A stretch of 53,966 nt of DNA from an uncultured Candidatus Bathyarchaeia archaeon (GTDB lineage: Archaea; Thermoproteota; Bathyarchaeia; TCS64), in the NCBI GenBank assembly GCA_964462185.1, contig CAYWWV010000001.1:12811-66776 (forward strand), read 5' to 3'. Below are positions 1 to 9,801 of this stretch, piece after piece. Below the pieces are notes generated by a model that had not been told where the DNA came from, made no database searches, and saw nothing but the letters and a program-made list of their open reading frames with translations. Made by a program: the position numbers and the translations under genes. The number at the start of each line of letters is the position of its first letter. The stretch's first letter is position 1.

Positions 1-5
1 GGGGT

Positions 6-1136
6 ATGAGGGTGGCGGTGACGGCGGGTAGCAGGGGGATAAGCCGGATTCCCCTGGTTCTCCGCACGGTGGTGGATGAGCTCCGCTTGGCCGGGGCGGA
101 GCCGTTTGTCTTGGCGGCCATGGGGAGCCACGGCGGGGCTACTCCGGAGGGGCAGTTGGAGGTTTTGAGGAGCCTGGGGGTTACCGAGGACTCGGTGGGG
201 GCTCCAGTGGTGGCTGGCCTGGAGGTGGAGAGGGTGGGGGAGGTCTGCGGGGCCCCCATATATGCCAGCAGGTTGGCGTTAGAGGCCGATGGGGTTTTCG
301 TGGTGGGCCGTGTCAAGCCTCACACGGATTTCAAGGGGGAGGTGGAGTCGGGGCTGTTGAAGATGCTGGCCATTGGGCTGGGGAACCAGAAGGGGGCGGA
401 GATGATACACTGGCACAGATACGAGGGCTACCACACTATTATGCCCAGGGCGGGGCTGCTGTTGGCCCAGAAACTAAATGTGGTGATGGGGCTGGCACTC
501 CTGGAGGACGCCCACCATAACCTCTCCCAGGTCCATGCCCTCCTCCCCGAGGAGTTTCTGGAGGCCGAGAAGGCTCTGCTGGAGAAGGCTAAGGAGATGC
601 TTCCAAGGCTTCCTTTCGGCGAGATAGATGTGCTGGTGGTGGATGAGATAGGGAAGAACATCAGCGGCGTGGGGATGGACACCAATGTGACCGGCAGGTT
701 CTGGATGCCGGGGGAGTCAGACCCTAGGGCCCCCAACATCAAGAGGATAGTGGTGCTGGACCTAACGGAGGAGACCCATGGCAACGCCATCGGCATAGGG
801 TTGGCCGACCTCACCACGAGGCGGGTCTTCGAGAAGATCGACTTCCAGAAGACCTTCGTGAACTGCTTGACCCAGGGGAGCAGCGAGACAGGTAGGATTC
901 CCCCCTTCCTCCCCTGCGACAGGGACGCCATAGCCACGGCTATACGCATCTGTGGGCCGGTGGAGCCTGGGAGGGCTAGGGTGGTGAGGATAAAGAACAC
1001 CTTGGAGCTGGAGACTATGTATGTCTCGGAGGCCTTGTTGGAGGAGGCCTTGGCTGGGGGGTTGGAGGGCCGCCTAGAGGTCCTGGGGGAGCCCAGGGAG
1101 ATGGTCTTCGACGTATTGGGGAACCTGGCCAGGTAG
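6..1136 (+). CDS. Uncharacterised LarA-like/DUF2088-type domain protein. The frame is open to the window edge, so the N-terminus is probably missing.
   Basis: 376-aa ORF on the G-rich strand. Motifs VAVTAGSRGI, AMGSHGGATPEGQ and KPHTDF..ESGLLKM recall a family annotated as lactate-racemase-domain proteins. This is recalled from memory, not searched. Confidence 0.4.
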   Translation: MRVAVTAGSRGISRIPLVLRTVVDELRLAGAEPFVLAAMGSHGGATPEGQLEVLRSLGVTEDSVGAPVVAGLEVERVGEVCGAPIYASRLALEADGVFVVGRVKPHTDFKGEVESGLLKMLAIGLGNQKGAEMIHWHRYEGYHTIMPRAGLLLAQKLNVVMGLALLEDAHHNLSQVHALLPEEFLEAEKALLEKAKEMLPRLPFGEIDVLVVDEIGKNISGVGMDTNVTGRFWMPGESDPRAPNIKRIVVLDLTEETHGNAIGIGLADLTTRRVFEKIDFQKTFVNCLTQGSSETGRIPPFLPCDRDAIATAIRICGPVEPGRARVVRIKNTLELETMYVSEALLEEALAGGLEGRLEVLGEPREMVFDVLGNLAR

Positions 1137-1138
1137 GC

Positions 1139-1711
1139 CTAGTAGTTCTCTGGCATCAACTCATAGTAGGCCCTGGGGTGTTTGCAGGCGGGGCAAACCT
1201 CTGGGGCCTCCTTCCCATGGTGGATGTACCCGCAGTTGAGGCAGTGCCACTTGACCTCCCGGTCCCGCTTGAAGACCGTCCCAGCCTCGATGTTGGCCAA
1301 GAGCTTGCGGAACCTCTTCTCATGCTCCTCCTCCACCTCGGCTATCTCGGTGAAGCTCTCCGCGATCTCGGGGAACCCCTCCTCCCGCGCCGTCTTGGCG
1401 AAGTCGGGGTAGAGGGTGCCCCACTCCAGTTTCTCCCCCTCTGCAGCCTCCAGGAGGTTCTCAGCCGTGGTCCCTATCTTTCCCGCGGGGTACTCGGCAG
1501 TTATCTCCACCCCTCCCCCCTCCAAGTATTTGAAGAAGACCTTGGCGTGTTCCACCTCGTTTCTAGCGGTCTCCTCGAAGATGCGTTGAATTTGGACGTA
1601 TCCCTCTTTCTTGGCAACGCTGGCGAAGAACATATACCTATTTCGTGCTTGGCTCTCCCCCGCGAAGGCCTTCAAGAGGTTTTTCTCGGTCTTAGTGCCC
1701 TTTAGTCCCAT
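1139..1711 (-). CDS. rbr: Rubrerythrin
   Basis: Ferritin-like diiron helices with E..EH pairs (ARNEVEHAK, EVEEEHEKRF) plus a C-terminal rubredoxin module CLNCG...CPAC. ATG start. Confidence 0.9.
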   Translation of the reverse strand: MGLKGTKTEKNLLKAFAGESQARNRYMFFASVAKKEGYVQIQRIFEETARNEVEHAKVFFKYLEGGGVEITAEYPAGKIGTTAENLLEAAEGEKLEWGTLYPDFAKTAREEGFPEIAESFTEIAEVEEEHEKRFRKLLANIEAGTVFKRDREVKWHCLNCGYIHHGKEAPEVCPACKHPRAYYELMPENY

Positions 1712-1736
1712 GTTTCTCTATGAGTAGTGGGGGCTT

Positions 1737-2585
1737 TTAAGGCTTGAAGGCCGGGGGGGTGGGTATCTTCTTCCACCTGTTTATGAACTCGGCGAGGAAC
1801 TCCACCCGCTCCTCCAGCCTATTACGGTATTCCTCGGGGTCTGCGTCCTTGGGGCTGTTCCACCCGTATATTCCGTCGCGGGAGAAGTCGTCGGTGTCTG
1901 GGGGGGCGCAGGCGGTGAACAGTTGGGAGACGAGTTCCCAGTCCTCCCTGTCGGGGTCCCTCATGGCTTTGAGTTCCTGGCTCATGTTGTTGGTGGGCTC
2001 CCAGTCGTCGGGTATCCTCCACATCTCCACCAGCTCGGGGAAGAGGGCCAGGGCCGCGCTGGTCTCGTTGGTTCCGCTGTGGACGTCCCAATACCTCTGG
2101 CTTCTCTCGGTGAACCTCTTGGCCAGCTCGGTTCCGCTGGGTCCGCTTGGGGTGGCCACCATGACCCCGTACTCGCGCTTGGCTAGCTGGGCCACCAGGT
2201 TCATGGTGGCGGTGTTGCCTCCGTGGCCGTTGATGATGACGAAGCGTTTGACGCCGTGGTAGGCCAGGGAGCCGATGGTGTCCATGAGGACCCCCATGAG
2301 GGTGTCCCAGCTGAGGGTGATGGTGCCTTTGAAGCCCATGTGGTGGGGGCTGTATCCGGGCCAGCAGGGGTGGACGCAGACGCTGTTGGTGCGCTTGGCC
2401 ACTCGGTGGATTATCTCCTGCACGGCCAGGGAGTCCATCCCCAGGGGTAGGTGGGGGCCGTGCTGCTCTATGGATCCGATGCCGATGATGACCACGGGGT
2501 TTTCCTCGTGTTGGAGCCACTCCTCGAAGGCTGGGCGGGTCAACTCGGTTATCCAGTGCTTGGATAATACTCCTTTCTCGGGCAT
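1737..2585 (-). CDS. Creatininase-family amidohydrolase
   Basis: GSIEQHGPHLP and INGHGGN motifs typical of the creatininase/ArfB family. ATG at 2585 is preferred over the tracked TTG at 2603. Confidence 0.75.
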   Translation of the reverse strand: MPEKGVLSKHWITELTRPAFEEWLQHEENPVVIIGIGSIEQHGPHLPLGMDSLAVQEIIHRVAKRTNSVCVHPCWPGYSPHHMGFKGTITLSWDTLMGVLMDTIGSLAYHGVKRFVIINGHGGNTATMNLVAQLAKREYGVMVATPSGPSGTELAKRFTERSQRYWDVHSGTNETSAALALFPELVEMWRIPDDWEPTNNMSQELKAMRDPDREDWELVSQLFTACAPPDTDDFSRDGIYGWNSPKDADPEEYRNRLEERVEFLAEFINRWKKIPTPPAFKP

Positions 2586-2668
2586 GGTTGAACCTACTCT
2601 CAAGAGGCTTTAATGGTTGCGTGTGGGGTGGGCGTAAGGGTATTAAGGTTTGGTGGGGAGTTGAAACC

Positions 2669-3331
2669 ATGCTCGAGGTGAGGTGGCTGGGGCATAGTTG
2701 CTTCGCCTTGAGCGATGGGGAGACCACCGTGGTTATGGATCCCCATGACGGCGATTCTCTGAACCTGCCTCCGCCCAGGGTTGAGGCTGATGTTGTTACG
2801 GTGAGCCATGGCCACGAGGACCATGCTGGGGGGGTGGGGTTGTTTGGTTGTCCTGTGTATCGGGAGGCGGTGGATGTGGTTGTGGGCTCGGCCAGGTTGA
2901 GGGGTGTGGCTTGTTGGCATGATGGGGTGAGGGGGGCTCGGCTGGGGGGGAATGTGGTTTGGAGCGTGTATATGGGGGGGTTGCAGGCGACCCACCTGGG
3001 GGACCTGGGCCACTACCTCACATCCTCCCAGATGTTCCAGGTGGGGTTCCCCGACCTCTTGATGGTGAACACGGGGGGGAACCTGGCGTTGGCGGAGGAC
3101 ACGGTGGACCTGCTGGGGCCTAGGGTGGTCATCCCCATGCACTACTACACGCCGGGGATACGGTTCCCCTACTACCACTTGAAGGCCGTGGTGGACTTCA
3201 CGCGGGGGAAGCCCAACGTGGTCCATGTGGGGGGGAGGAGGGTTTACACCCGTGAGGCTCTCCCCAGGGGCCAGGAGATCCATGTCTTCCAGGCGCCCAG
3301 AAAGAGAGATAAGAACCTGGGCGCTTTTTGA
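2669..3331 (+). CDS. Metallo-beta-lactamase-fold hydrolase (UPF0173-like)
   Basis: WLGHSCF ... VSHGHEDH motif. ATG 2669 lies 25 nt after TATTAAGG. The upstream 27 codons of the tracked ORF lie in the divergent promoter. Confidence 0.7.
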   Translation: MLEVRWLGHSCFALSDGETTVVMDPHDGDSLNLPPPRVEADVVTVSHGHEDHAGGVGLFGCPVYREAVDVVVGSARLRGVACWHDGVRGARLGGNVVWSVYMGGLQATHLGDLGHYLTSSQMFQVGFPDLLMVNTGGNLALAEDTVDLLGPRVVIPMHYYTPGIRFPYYHLKAVVDFTRGKPNVVHVGGRRVYTREALPRGQEIHVFQAPRKRDKNLGAF

Positions 3332-3335
3332 CTCC

Positions 3336-4304
3336 ATGGAGGTCGGGTTCTACGATATTGTGAAGGCGGCGGCCAGGATTCGGCCCTATTTGGCGCCTTC
3401 GCCTTGTTACACTTATCCCACGTTGAACGAGTTTCTGGGGTTTGAGGCCTACATCAAACACGAGAACTATAACCCTACGGGGGCTTTCAAGATTCGTGGG
3501 GGCCTCAACCTGGTTAGCCAGTTGAGCCCTGAGGAGCGTGGGAGGGGTGTGGTGACTGCGAGCACTGGTAACCATGGGCAGAGCATCGCCTTGGCGTCCA
3601 AGTTGTTTGGGGTGGAGGCTCATATCTGTGTGCCGGTGGGGGCCAACCCGTTGAAGGTGGCGGCCATTAAGATGCATGGGGCGGTGATCCATGAGTATGG
3701 TAGGGACTTTGATGAGGCTGTGGAGCACGCGGTGGAGTTGTCGGAGACCCATGGGTATAGGTTCATCAGTAGTGGGGATGAGCCCCTCTTGGTGGCGGGT
3801 GTGGGCACCATCGGGTTGGAGGTGATGGAGCAGGTGGAGGGGTTGGAGGCCTTCATAAGTCCTGTGGGGAGTGGGACGGGTGCTGGGGGCTCCAGCTTGG
3901 CGGTGAAGACCCTGGACCCGGGGGTTGAGACCATCGCCGTACAGGCTGAGGGGGCTCCCAGCGTCTACCAGAGCTACAAGAGTGGGAGGCTGGAGAGCAC
4001 CCCTAGGGCGGAGACCTTCGCCGACGGCTTGGCGACTCGAAAAGCCTTCCGCCTCCCCTTGGGGCTTCTACGGGAGTATGTGGATGATTTTGTCCTGGTC
4101 TCGGACGAGGAGATGAGGAGGGCTATACGGCTATACTTGGAGCACTGCCACACGGTGGCCGAGGGGGCGGGGGCTGCGAGTCTGGCGGCTGCGGTGAAGC
4201 TGCGGGATAGGTTGGAGGGGAAGCGGGTGGCCCTGGTGTTGAGCGGGGGGAACCTGGAGTTCGGAGAGCTTCTCAAGTGTCTGGGGTGCGACGGAGGGGT
4301 TTAA
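3336..4304 (+). CDS. Threonine/serine ammonia-lyase (PLP fold-type II, no ACT domain)
   Basis: NPTGAFKIRGG (Schiff-base Lys), TASTGNHGQS and a GSGTGAGG loop. ATG 3336 follows the stop of the preceding gene at 3331. Confidence 0.8.
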   Translation: MEVGFYDIVKAAARIRPYLAPSPCYTYPTLNEFLGFEAYIKHENYNPTGAFKIRGGLNLVSQLSPEERGRGVVTASTGNHGQSIALASKLFGVEAHICVPVGANPLKVAAIKMHGAVIHEYGRDFDEAVEHAVELSETHGYRFISSGDEPLLVAGVGTIGLEVMEQVEGLEAFISPVGSGTGAGGSSLAVKTLDPGVETIAVQAEGAPSVYQSYKSGRLESTPRAETFADGLATRKAFRLPLGLLREYVDDFVLVSDEEMRRAIRLYLEHCHTVAEGAGAASLAAAVKLRDRLEGKRVALVLSGGNLEFGELLKCLGCDGGV

Positions 4305-4328
4305 ACAGGGTTAATCCCCTTTAACACC

Positions 4329-4952
4329 GTGTTGGAGGGTTTCGTGGAGGAGGCCGCCAGGGAGCTTAAGGCCCTGGGGGAGAGGCGGGAGCGGGCTCTG
4401 GCCGAGGCCAGGCGCCTCAGGGTTTTGAGTAAGCGGGCCATTTTGCTGGTTCATCGGGGGGAGGTGGGGGAGGCTGAGGGGTTGTTGGGTGAGGCGCGGG
4501 TGGTCTTGGAGGGGTTGAGGGGTTTGGTGGAGGGCAGCCCTGTTTTGGAGGGGTTGGAGGCGGTGGGGGCCGCTTTGGAGGAGTATGGGGAGGCGGGCAT
4601 ACTCCTATCCCTGGTGCAGGGCAGGGGGTTTCCCCCTCCGGGGGAGTTGGGGTTGAGCCCTGTGGAGTATGTGCAGGGTTTGGCGGATGTGCCTGGGGAG
4701 TTGAGGCGGAGGGCGTTGGACTTGTTGAGGGTTGGCCGTTTGGAGGGGGCGGAGGAGTGTCTGGGTTGGATGGGGCGGGTCTACGAGGAGCTTTCCAGGG
4801 TCGAGGAGTTCAGCCTCCTTTTGAGGGGGTTCAGGAGGAAGATGGATGTGGCGAGGGGGGTTTATGAGAGGACTGCCGCCGAGTTGGCGGTGGAGGCCAG
4901 CCGGGAGAGGCTTCGGAGGCTGCTGGAGGAGGCGGGTAAAAGGGGGGTTTAG
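4329..4952 (+). CDS. Translin-family protein
   Basis: All-helical 207-aa ORF with EYVQGLADVPGELRRRALD, resembling the translin/TRAX GLxDxxGELxR signature. GTG start 26 nt after GTTTAAAC. Confidence 0.55.
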   Translation: MLEGFVEEAARELKALGERRERALAEARRLRVLSKRAILLVHRGEVGEAEGLLGEARVVLEGLRGLVEGSPVLEGLEAVGAALEEYGEAGILLSLVQGRGFPPPGELGLSPVEYVQGLADVPGELRRRALDLLRVGRLEGAEECLGWMGRVYEELSRVEEFSLLLRGFRRKMDVARGVYERTAAELAVEASRERLRRLLEEAGKRGV

Positions 4953-4958
4953 GCCCGG

Positions 4959-4964
4959 TTTTTT
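4959..4964 (+). terminator. Oligo-T tract (T6) 7 nt after the translin-family stop
   Basis: Reads TAGGCCCGGTTTTTTGG. Archaeal termination commonly uses oligo-T. Confidence 0.3.
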
Positions 4965-5190
4965 GGCTTAAACGGTGACCAGTTGGGGTTGTTTTACGGC
5001 TTCTCCAGTCTCTGGGGGCTTTGAAATGGCTGGGAGGGGTGACCCCCCCTCCCCCCTGGGTCTGGGGATGGTTTATATTGGTTGGAGCCAAATCTTGATA
5101 CCAGCTAGAAGGGAAGACTGAGACTATTGTGTCGAGTTTAGCTAAACCCTGGAGAACACCCCCTCTAGCCGCCTACATGGATGTGATGTT

Positions 5191-6627
5191 GTGGAGCACA
5201 AGGTGAAGATATACGACTCTATGACTCGCAGGAAGAGGGTCTTCAAGCCTCTGAACCCGCCGTGGGTGAGTATGTATGTGTGTGGACCCACGGTGTATGG
5301 GGAGCCCCACATTGGTAATTTGAGGACCTTTGTCAGCGGCGACTTGATTCGCCGGTGGCTCACCTATCGGGGCTACCGGGTCAAATATGTGATGAACATC
5401 ACGGATATCGACGACAAGACCATTAGGGATAGCGGGGCGGCTGGGAAGACGCTGGGCGAGTTCACCGAGTACTACACCAGGGTCTTCCTGAGGGGGATAG
5501 ACCTGTTGAACATCCGCAGGGCCATCGCCTACCCCCGGGCCACGGCCTATGTGGGCCAGATGGTGGATTTCATACGGTCGCTGGAGGAGTTGGGGTACGC
5601 CTATGAGGCTGAGGACGGGGTTTACTTCGATGTGGACCGGTTTGAGGGCTATGGGAAGCTGAGTGGTTTGAGGCCTGGGGCTGGGGAGAGGAGGAGCCGG
5701 GTCTCGGTGGATGAGTATGACAAGGAGGATGCCCAGGACTTCGCCCTGTGGAAGAAGTCCACACCGGAGGAGTTGGAGAGGGGGATTTACTTCGACTCGC
5801 CTTGGGGGCCGGGTAGGCCGGGGTGGCATATTGAGTGCAGTGTTATGAGCCGTGAGTTGCTGGGGGAGACCATAGACATCCATGCGGGGGGGGAGGACCT
5901 GGTTTTCCCCCACCACGAGAACGAGGTGGCCCAGAGTGAGGCCCTCTCGGGGAAGCAGTTCGTCAGGTATTGGGTGCACATGAGGCATCTAATGATTGAG
6001 GGGGGCAAGATGAGTAAGAGTCTGGGGAACTATGTGGGCTTCGACGAGGTTTTGGAGAGGCACAGCCCCGAGGCCTTCAGGTATTTCTACGTGAGCACCC
6101 ACTACCGGAGGCCCCTCAACTTCACGTGGAGGGCCATGGAGTCGGCGGAGAACACGGTTCGCAGATTGAGGTCTACCCTGGACAGGGTGGATGAGGCCCT
6201 GGGGGGGGAGGACGTGAACCTGGACTATGGGGAGAGGGAGGACCGGCTCTTGAAGACGGTTTACGCCGAGAAGGAGGCCTTCGAGGAGGCCATGGACGAC
6301 GACTTCAACACACCGGTGGCGCTCAGCCACCTCCACCGGATGGTGGCGGCCCTCAACGAGTACCTGGAGGGACCGCCCAACAAGGGGGTGGTTCTGGAGG
6401 CATACCTCCAGTTGAGGGAGCTTCTCTGGGCCCTGGGTCTATTCGAGGACCGCCCAGCCAGGGCCGACGATTTCTCCGAGAGGCTGCTGGGCTTCATAGC
6501 GGGTCTGAGGGAGGAACTCCGATCCCAGCGCCAATACGAGTTGGCCGACAGGATCAGGGAGGGGCTGAGGGAGCTGGGGGTGGAGCTCCAGGACACCCCC
6601 CAGGGCCCCCGGTGGAGGCGGCTATAG
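5191..6627 (+). CDS. cysS: Cysteine--tRNA ligase
   Basis: [18 protein letters not shown] (HIGH), GWHIECS and [10 protein letters not shown] (KMSKS). Length of 478 aa fits. Confidence 0.95.
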   Translation: MEHKVKIYDSMTRRKRVFKPLNPPWVSMYVCGPTVYGEPHIGNLRTFVSGDLIRRWLTYRGYRVKYVMNITDIDDKTIRDSGAAGKTLGEFTEYYTRVFLRGIDLLNIRRAIAYPRATAYVGQMVDFIRSLEELGYAYEAEDGVYFDVDRFEGYGKLSGLRPGAGERRSRVSVDEYDKEDAQDFALWKKSTPEELERGIYFDSPWGPGRPGWHIECSVMSRELLGETIDIHAGGEDLVFPHHENEVAQSEALSGKQFVRYWVHMRHLMIEGGKMSKSLGNYVGFDEVLERHSPEAFRYFYVSTHYRRPLNFTWRAMESAENTVRRLRSTLDRVDEALGGEDVNLDYGEREDRLLKTVYAEKEAFEEAMDDDFNTPVALSHLHRMVAALNEYLEGPPNKGVVLEAYLQLRELLWALGLFEDRPARADDFSERLLGFIAGLREELRSQRQYELADRIREGLRELGVELQDTPQGPRWRRL

Positions 6628-8259
6628 GTTCACCTCGCCGCAGAGGTTCACCCGGACCCCCAGGGCGTGGAAGAAGGCTGCCTTCACCGCCAACGCCCTG
6701 TCGGCTGTCTCGGCGTCGGGGGCGTAGACCACCTGGATGTGGTTGGCCTGGTGCTTGGCCATGAACTGGTCCCGGCTGACGCCGTGGAGGACGGCGTTCA
6801 TGATGGGCCACTCGTAGGTGGTGGCCCTCCACCGCCTCTCCAACTCCTCCTCGGGCAGGTCCACCACCGTGCCCCTCCCCAGGTCCACGCTTAGGCCGCT
6901 GGGCTCTACGTAGACCCGGCTCCACACGATCTCCCCGGGTTTGCTCACACCCCTCAGGGTGCCCCCTCCCTTGGGGAAGTACATGGCTGGCTGCCGCATA
7001 CTGGATGCGCCGGCGTAGCCGCCTTTGAGGTGGCTGGCGGGGGCGCTGCCGCTGATGAGGAAGACCCATACGAACTGGCCGTCGTACCAGTCCCCCCAAC
7101 GCACGTCGTGGAGGGTTGTGTCCGGCCTCAACCCCATGGCCCTCCAAGCCCTAAAGGTCACGAGGGCGTCCAGCCCCGAGCCCTCATCCACCTCGTTGAA
7201 GTGGGGCAAGGGCCTCCCCGGGTAAAGCTCCTCCCCCTTCTCCCGATGGTAGACGGGGGGCCTCTCCGTGTTGTTCAAAAGGCCCTCGGCAAGGTCGCTG
7301 GCGGGGGCCATGTCTTTGAGGCCTTGCTGGTACTGGATGCCGATGGCCTCGCAGCCGAACTCGTGGGCTATTCGCACGGCTGCTATGTACATCCTGCACT
7401 GGCCTAGCACCTGGTTCTCGGTGAGCTCGGTGGCCTCGTCTCGGCCCAGGTGGAAGACCATTCCTCGGTCCAGGAGCCACTGGTAGACCTCCCTGGCCTC
7501 CTCCTCGGAGACCCGCTCCATCTCGGCTAGGAGGGCGCTCTGGCTCAGCCTCTCCTTGTAGACCCCCAGGGGGTTGAGGAGCTCGTCCTCTATGATGGCG
7601 TTGTACATGCCCATGCAGCCCTCGTCGAAGACCCCCATGATGGCCTTCTCGTGTCTCAGCTCCTCGGCCAGGGCCTGGCCCAGCTCGGCCTCCTCCCCTG
7701 GGAGGGTTGAGGGGTCTAGGGGCCTGGCGTGGCTGGTGTCGTGGGTGACGTGGCCCTCCCGGAGCCACTGGTCCACCCCCTTGAGGAAGAAGGGGTCGTC
7801 GAAGTCTCTGCTCCAGAGGGTGCTGTATTTGACCCCCATCTTGGTGAGGCAGGCGTTGAGGTTGAGGAGCCCCACCAGGCCTGGCCACTGGCCGCTCCAG
7901 TTGGCTACGGTGAGTATGGGGCCTCGGTGGTCCCTCAAACCCGCTAGAACATGGTGGCTGTACTGCCAGACGGCCTCGGCCACCACCACGGGGGCGTCTC
8001 GGGGTATTTGCTTGAATACGTCCATCCCCATCCTCTGGCTCCAGATGAAGCCGTGGCCCAGTTCAGGGTTGTAGGGGTGGGCCCTCCTCAGCGTGTAGCC
8101 CTTCGACTGGAAGACCTGGGCCAGCTTCTCCTCCATGGCTGCCTGGGCGGGCCAACCCTCCCGGTTGGCGGAATGCCTCAGGTCGCCGCTGGCCACCAGG
8201 GCCACCTCCTTGGGGCCGTATGGCTTGGGGGGCTCCACTTTGGGCTTGGAATACTCCAT
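6622..8259 (-). CDS. L-fucose/L-arabinose isomerase-family protein
   Basis: 545 aa. The C-terminal pattern (DVRW...[11 protein letters not shown]...[11 protein letters not shown]...WPIMNAVL...ANHIQVVY) parallels E. coli FucI blocks as recalled from memory. Specificity unknown. Confidence 0.55.
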   Translation of the reverse strand: MEYSKPKVEPPKPYGPKEVALVASGDLRHSANREGWPAQAAMEEKLAQVFQSKGYTLRRAHPYNPELGHGFIWSQRMGMDVFKQIPRDAPVVVAEAVWQYSHHVLAGLRDHRGPILTVANWSGQWPGLVGLLNLNACLTKMGVKYSTLWSRDFDDPFFLKGVDQWLREGHVTHDTSHARPLDPSTLPGEEAELGQALAEELRHEKAIMGVFDEGCMGMYNAIIEDELLNPLGVYKERLSQSALLAEMERVSEEEAREVYQWLLDRGMVFHLGRDEATELTENQVLGQCRMYIAAVRIAHEFGCEAIGIQYQQGLKDMAPASDLAEGLLNNTERPPVYHREKGEELYPGRPLPHFNEVDEGSGLDALVTFRAWRAMGLRPDTTLHDVRWGDWYDGQFVWVFLISGSAPASHLKGGYAGASSMRQPAMYFPKGGGTLRGVSKPGEIVWSRVYVEPSGLSVDLGRGTVVDLPEEELERRWRATTYEWPIMNAVLHGVSRDQFMAKHQANHIQVVYAPDAETADRALAVKAAFFHALGVRVNLCGEVNL

Positions 8260-8292
8260 GGTTTACCAGGGGGGGCGAGTAGTGGATAAAGG

Positions 8293-9720
8293 CTATGCAC
8301 CAGCCTGGTCCAAGATGTCGTCCACCCTGAGAATCTCCAGGGTCGTGGTCTGCCCAGGAGGGGTTAGGGTGGAGCCCGAGACTATCTCCACGATGTCGCC
8401 GCGGGAGATATACCCCAGCTCCAGGCTCCGCCTCACAGCCCTCAGGAGCAGGGTGTCCCTGTCGTCGCTCCAATCCACCTCCACAGGCTTAACCCCCCAA
8501 TACAGATGCATCCTCCGCAGTATGCGGATGTGGGGGGCGAAGGCCAATATGCTGGCCCTTGGACGGTGCTTGCTCACCATGAGGGCTGAGAACCCGCTGC
8601 GGGTAGCCACCAGTATGACGCTGGGCTCCACCGCCTCCACCGCCCGGGCCGCCAGGCTGCCGATGACGTCTGGGAGAGGCATACCCCGGGGCTCCCCCCA
8701 CTCCACACGGGATATCCGCTGCTCAACCACCTGGCCGATGTTGTTCATAACCCTCACAGCCTCCACGGGGTATTGGCCCACGGCCGTCTCAGCGCTCAGC
8801 ATCACGGCGTCGGCTCCGTCCAGTAGGGCGTTGGCCACGTCGCTGGCCTCTGCCCTGGTGGGGAGGGGGTTGGAGACCATGGACTCCAGCATCTGGGTGG
8901 CCACTATCACCGGCTTCCCAGCCCTGTTGCAGGCCTCGATGATCCGCTTCTGGATGAGGGGCACCTCCCATGGCGGCATCTCCACCCCCAGGTCCCCCCG
9001 GGCCACCATAACCCCGTCGCTGGCCTCCACAACCTCGGAGAGGTTGAAAACGGCCTCGGCGTGCTCCACCTTGCTCACCACGGGCTGGTCCCCCCCAGCC
9101 TCCTCGATGGCTCTCCTAACCGCCTCCACATCGCCCCGCCCCCGGACGAAGCTGGCGGCGAACCAGTCGCAGCCCTCCTCCACCCCAAAGGCGATGGCCT
9201 CCAAATCCCTGGGGGTGGGGGGACGAGCCGAGAGCCGCGCCCCAGGCGCGTTCACCCCCTTACCCGTGGAGACCACCCCCCCGGAGACCACCCTTCCATG
9301 GATAGCCCCCCGGTCCAGATCCAAATCCGTGATCTCCACCTCCACAGCCCCATCATTTAGTAGGAGCCTCCCCCCCTGGGAGACCTCCCAGGCAAGCCGG
9401 GGGTATGTGAGGGGCAGCTCCCCCGGCTGGTGACGCCCCTCGGGGGCGAAGACCACCTGGTCCCCCTCCCCCAGCTCCATGGGGGTGGGGAGTCTTCCCA
9501 GCCTTATCTTGGGGCCGGGGAGGTCCACCATAACCGCGCAACCCCCCACCCGGTGGAGATACCTTAAAACCCTGCGATGCTCCTCGGGGCTCCCGTGGCT
9601 CATGTTGAGGCGAGCCACATCCATCCCTGCCTCCAGGAGGCGGTCCAAGACGCGGGGGTGGGAGGAGGCGGGGCCGATGGTGCAGACTATCTTGCTCCTG
9701 ACAAAGCCGGGGAAGCTCAA
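8293..9720 (-). CDS. pyk: Pyruvate kinase
   Basis: KIVCTIGPAS, MDVARLNMSHG, MVARGDLGVE and QMLESM motifs. TTG start. Confidence 0.9.
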   Translation of the reverse strand: MSFPGFVRSKIVCTIGPASSHPRVLDRLLEAGMDVARLNMSHGSPEEHRRVLRYLHRVGGCAVMVDLPGPKIRLGRLPTPMELGEGDQVVFAPEGRHQPGELPLTYPRLAWEVSQGGRLLLNDGAVEVEITDLDLDRGAIHGRVVSGGVVSTGKGVNAPGARLSARPPTPRDLEAIAFGVEEGCDWFAASFVRGRGDVEAVRRAIEEAGGDQPVVSKVEHAEAVFNLSEVVEASDGVMVARGDLGVEMPPWEVPLIQKRIIEACNRAGKPVIVATQMLESMVSNPLPTRAEASDVANALLDGADAVMLSAETAVGQYPVEAVRVMNNIGQVVEQRISRVEWGEPRGMPLPDVIGSLAARAVEAVEPSVILVATRSGFSALMVSKHRPRASILAFAPHIRILRRMHLYWGVKPVEVDWSDDRDTLLLRAVRRSLELGYISRGDIVEIVSGSTLTPPGQTTTLEILRVDDILDQAGA

Positions 9721-9773
9721 CTCAATTAACCTGAGCCCCCTCCAAGAATAAAACCCTCCCCTGATCGCAAAGC

Positions 9774-9781
9774 CTTTAACC
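9774..9781 (+). promoter_or_regulatory. TATA-like box of Mo-hydroxylase operon 1
   Basis: CTTTAACC centred 25 nt upstream of GTG 9802. Confidence 0.3.
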
Positions 9782-9801
9782 CCACCCGCAGCCCCAGAAG
9801 C

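Noticed and set aside
1822-2727. 301-aa ORF on the same strand as, but out of frame with, the creatininase-family gene
   Set aside because: The composition is Pro/Arg/His/Gly-rich, and it runs through the divergent promoter. The other frame carries the family motifs.
4996-5106. Short ORF (about 28 codons, starting ATGGCTGGGAGG) in the cysS upstream gap
   Set aside because: It is too short, has no promoter at the usual distance, and gives a low-complexity Gly/Pro product.
6554-7888. 197-aa and 234-aa alternative-frame ORFs inside the FucI-like gene
   Set aside because: The products are Arg/Pro/Gly-rich low complexity. The 545-aa frame has FucI-like blocks and an ATG start.
8135-9433. 432-aa ORF antisense to pyruvate kinase
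   Set aside because: The product is Ser/Thr/Pro/Ala-rich with no motif, and it lies fully inside a gene with clear pyruvate kinase signatures.
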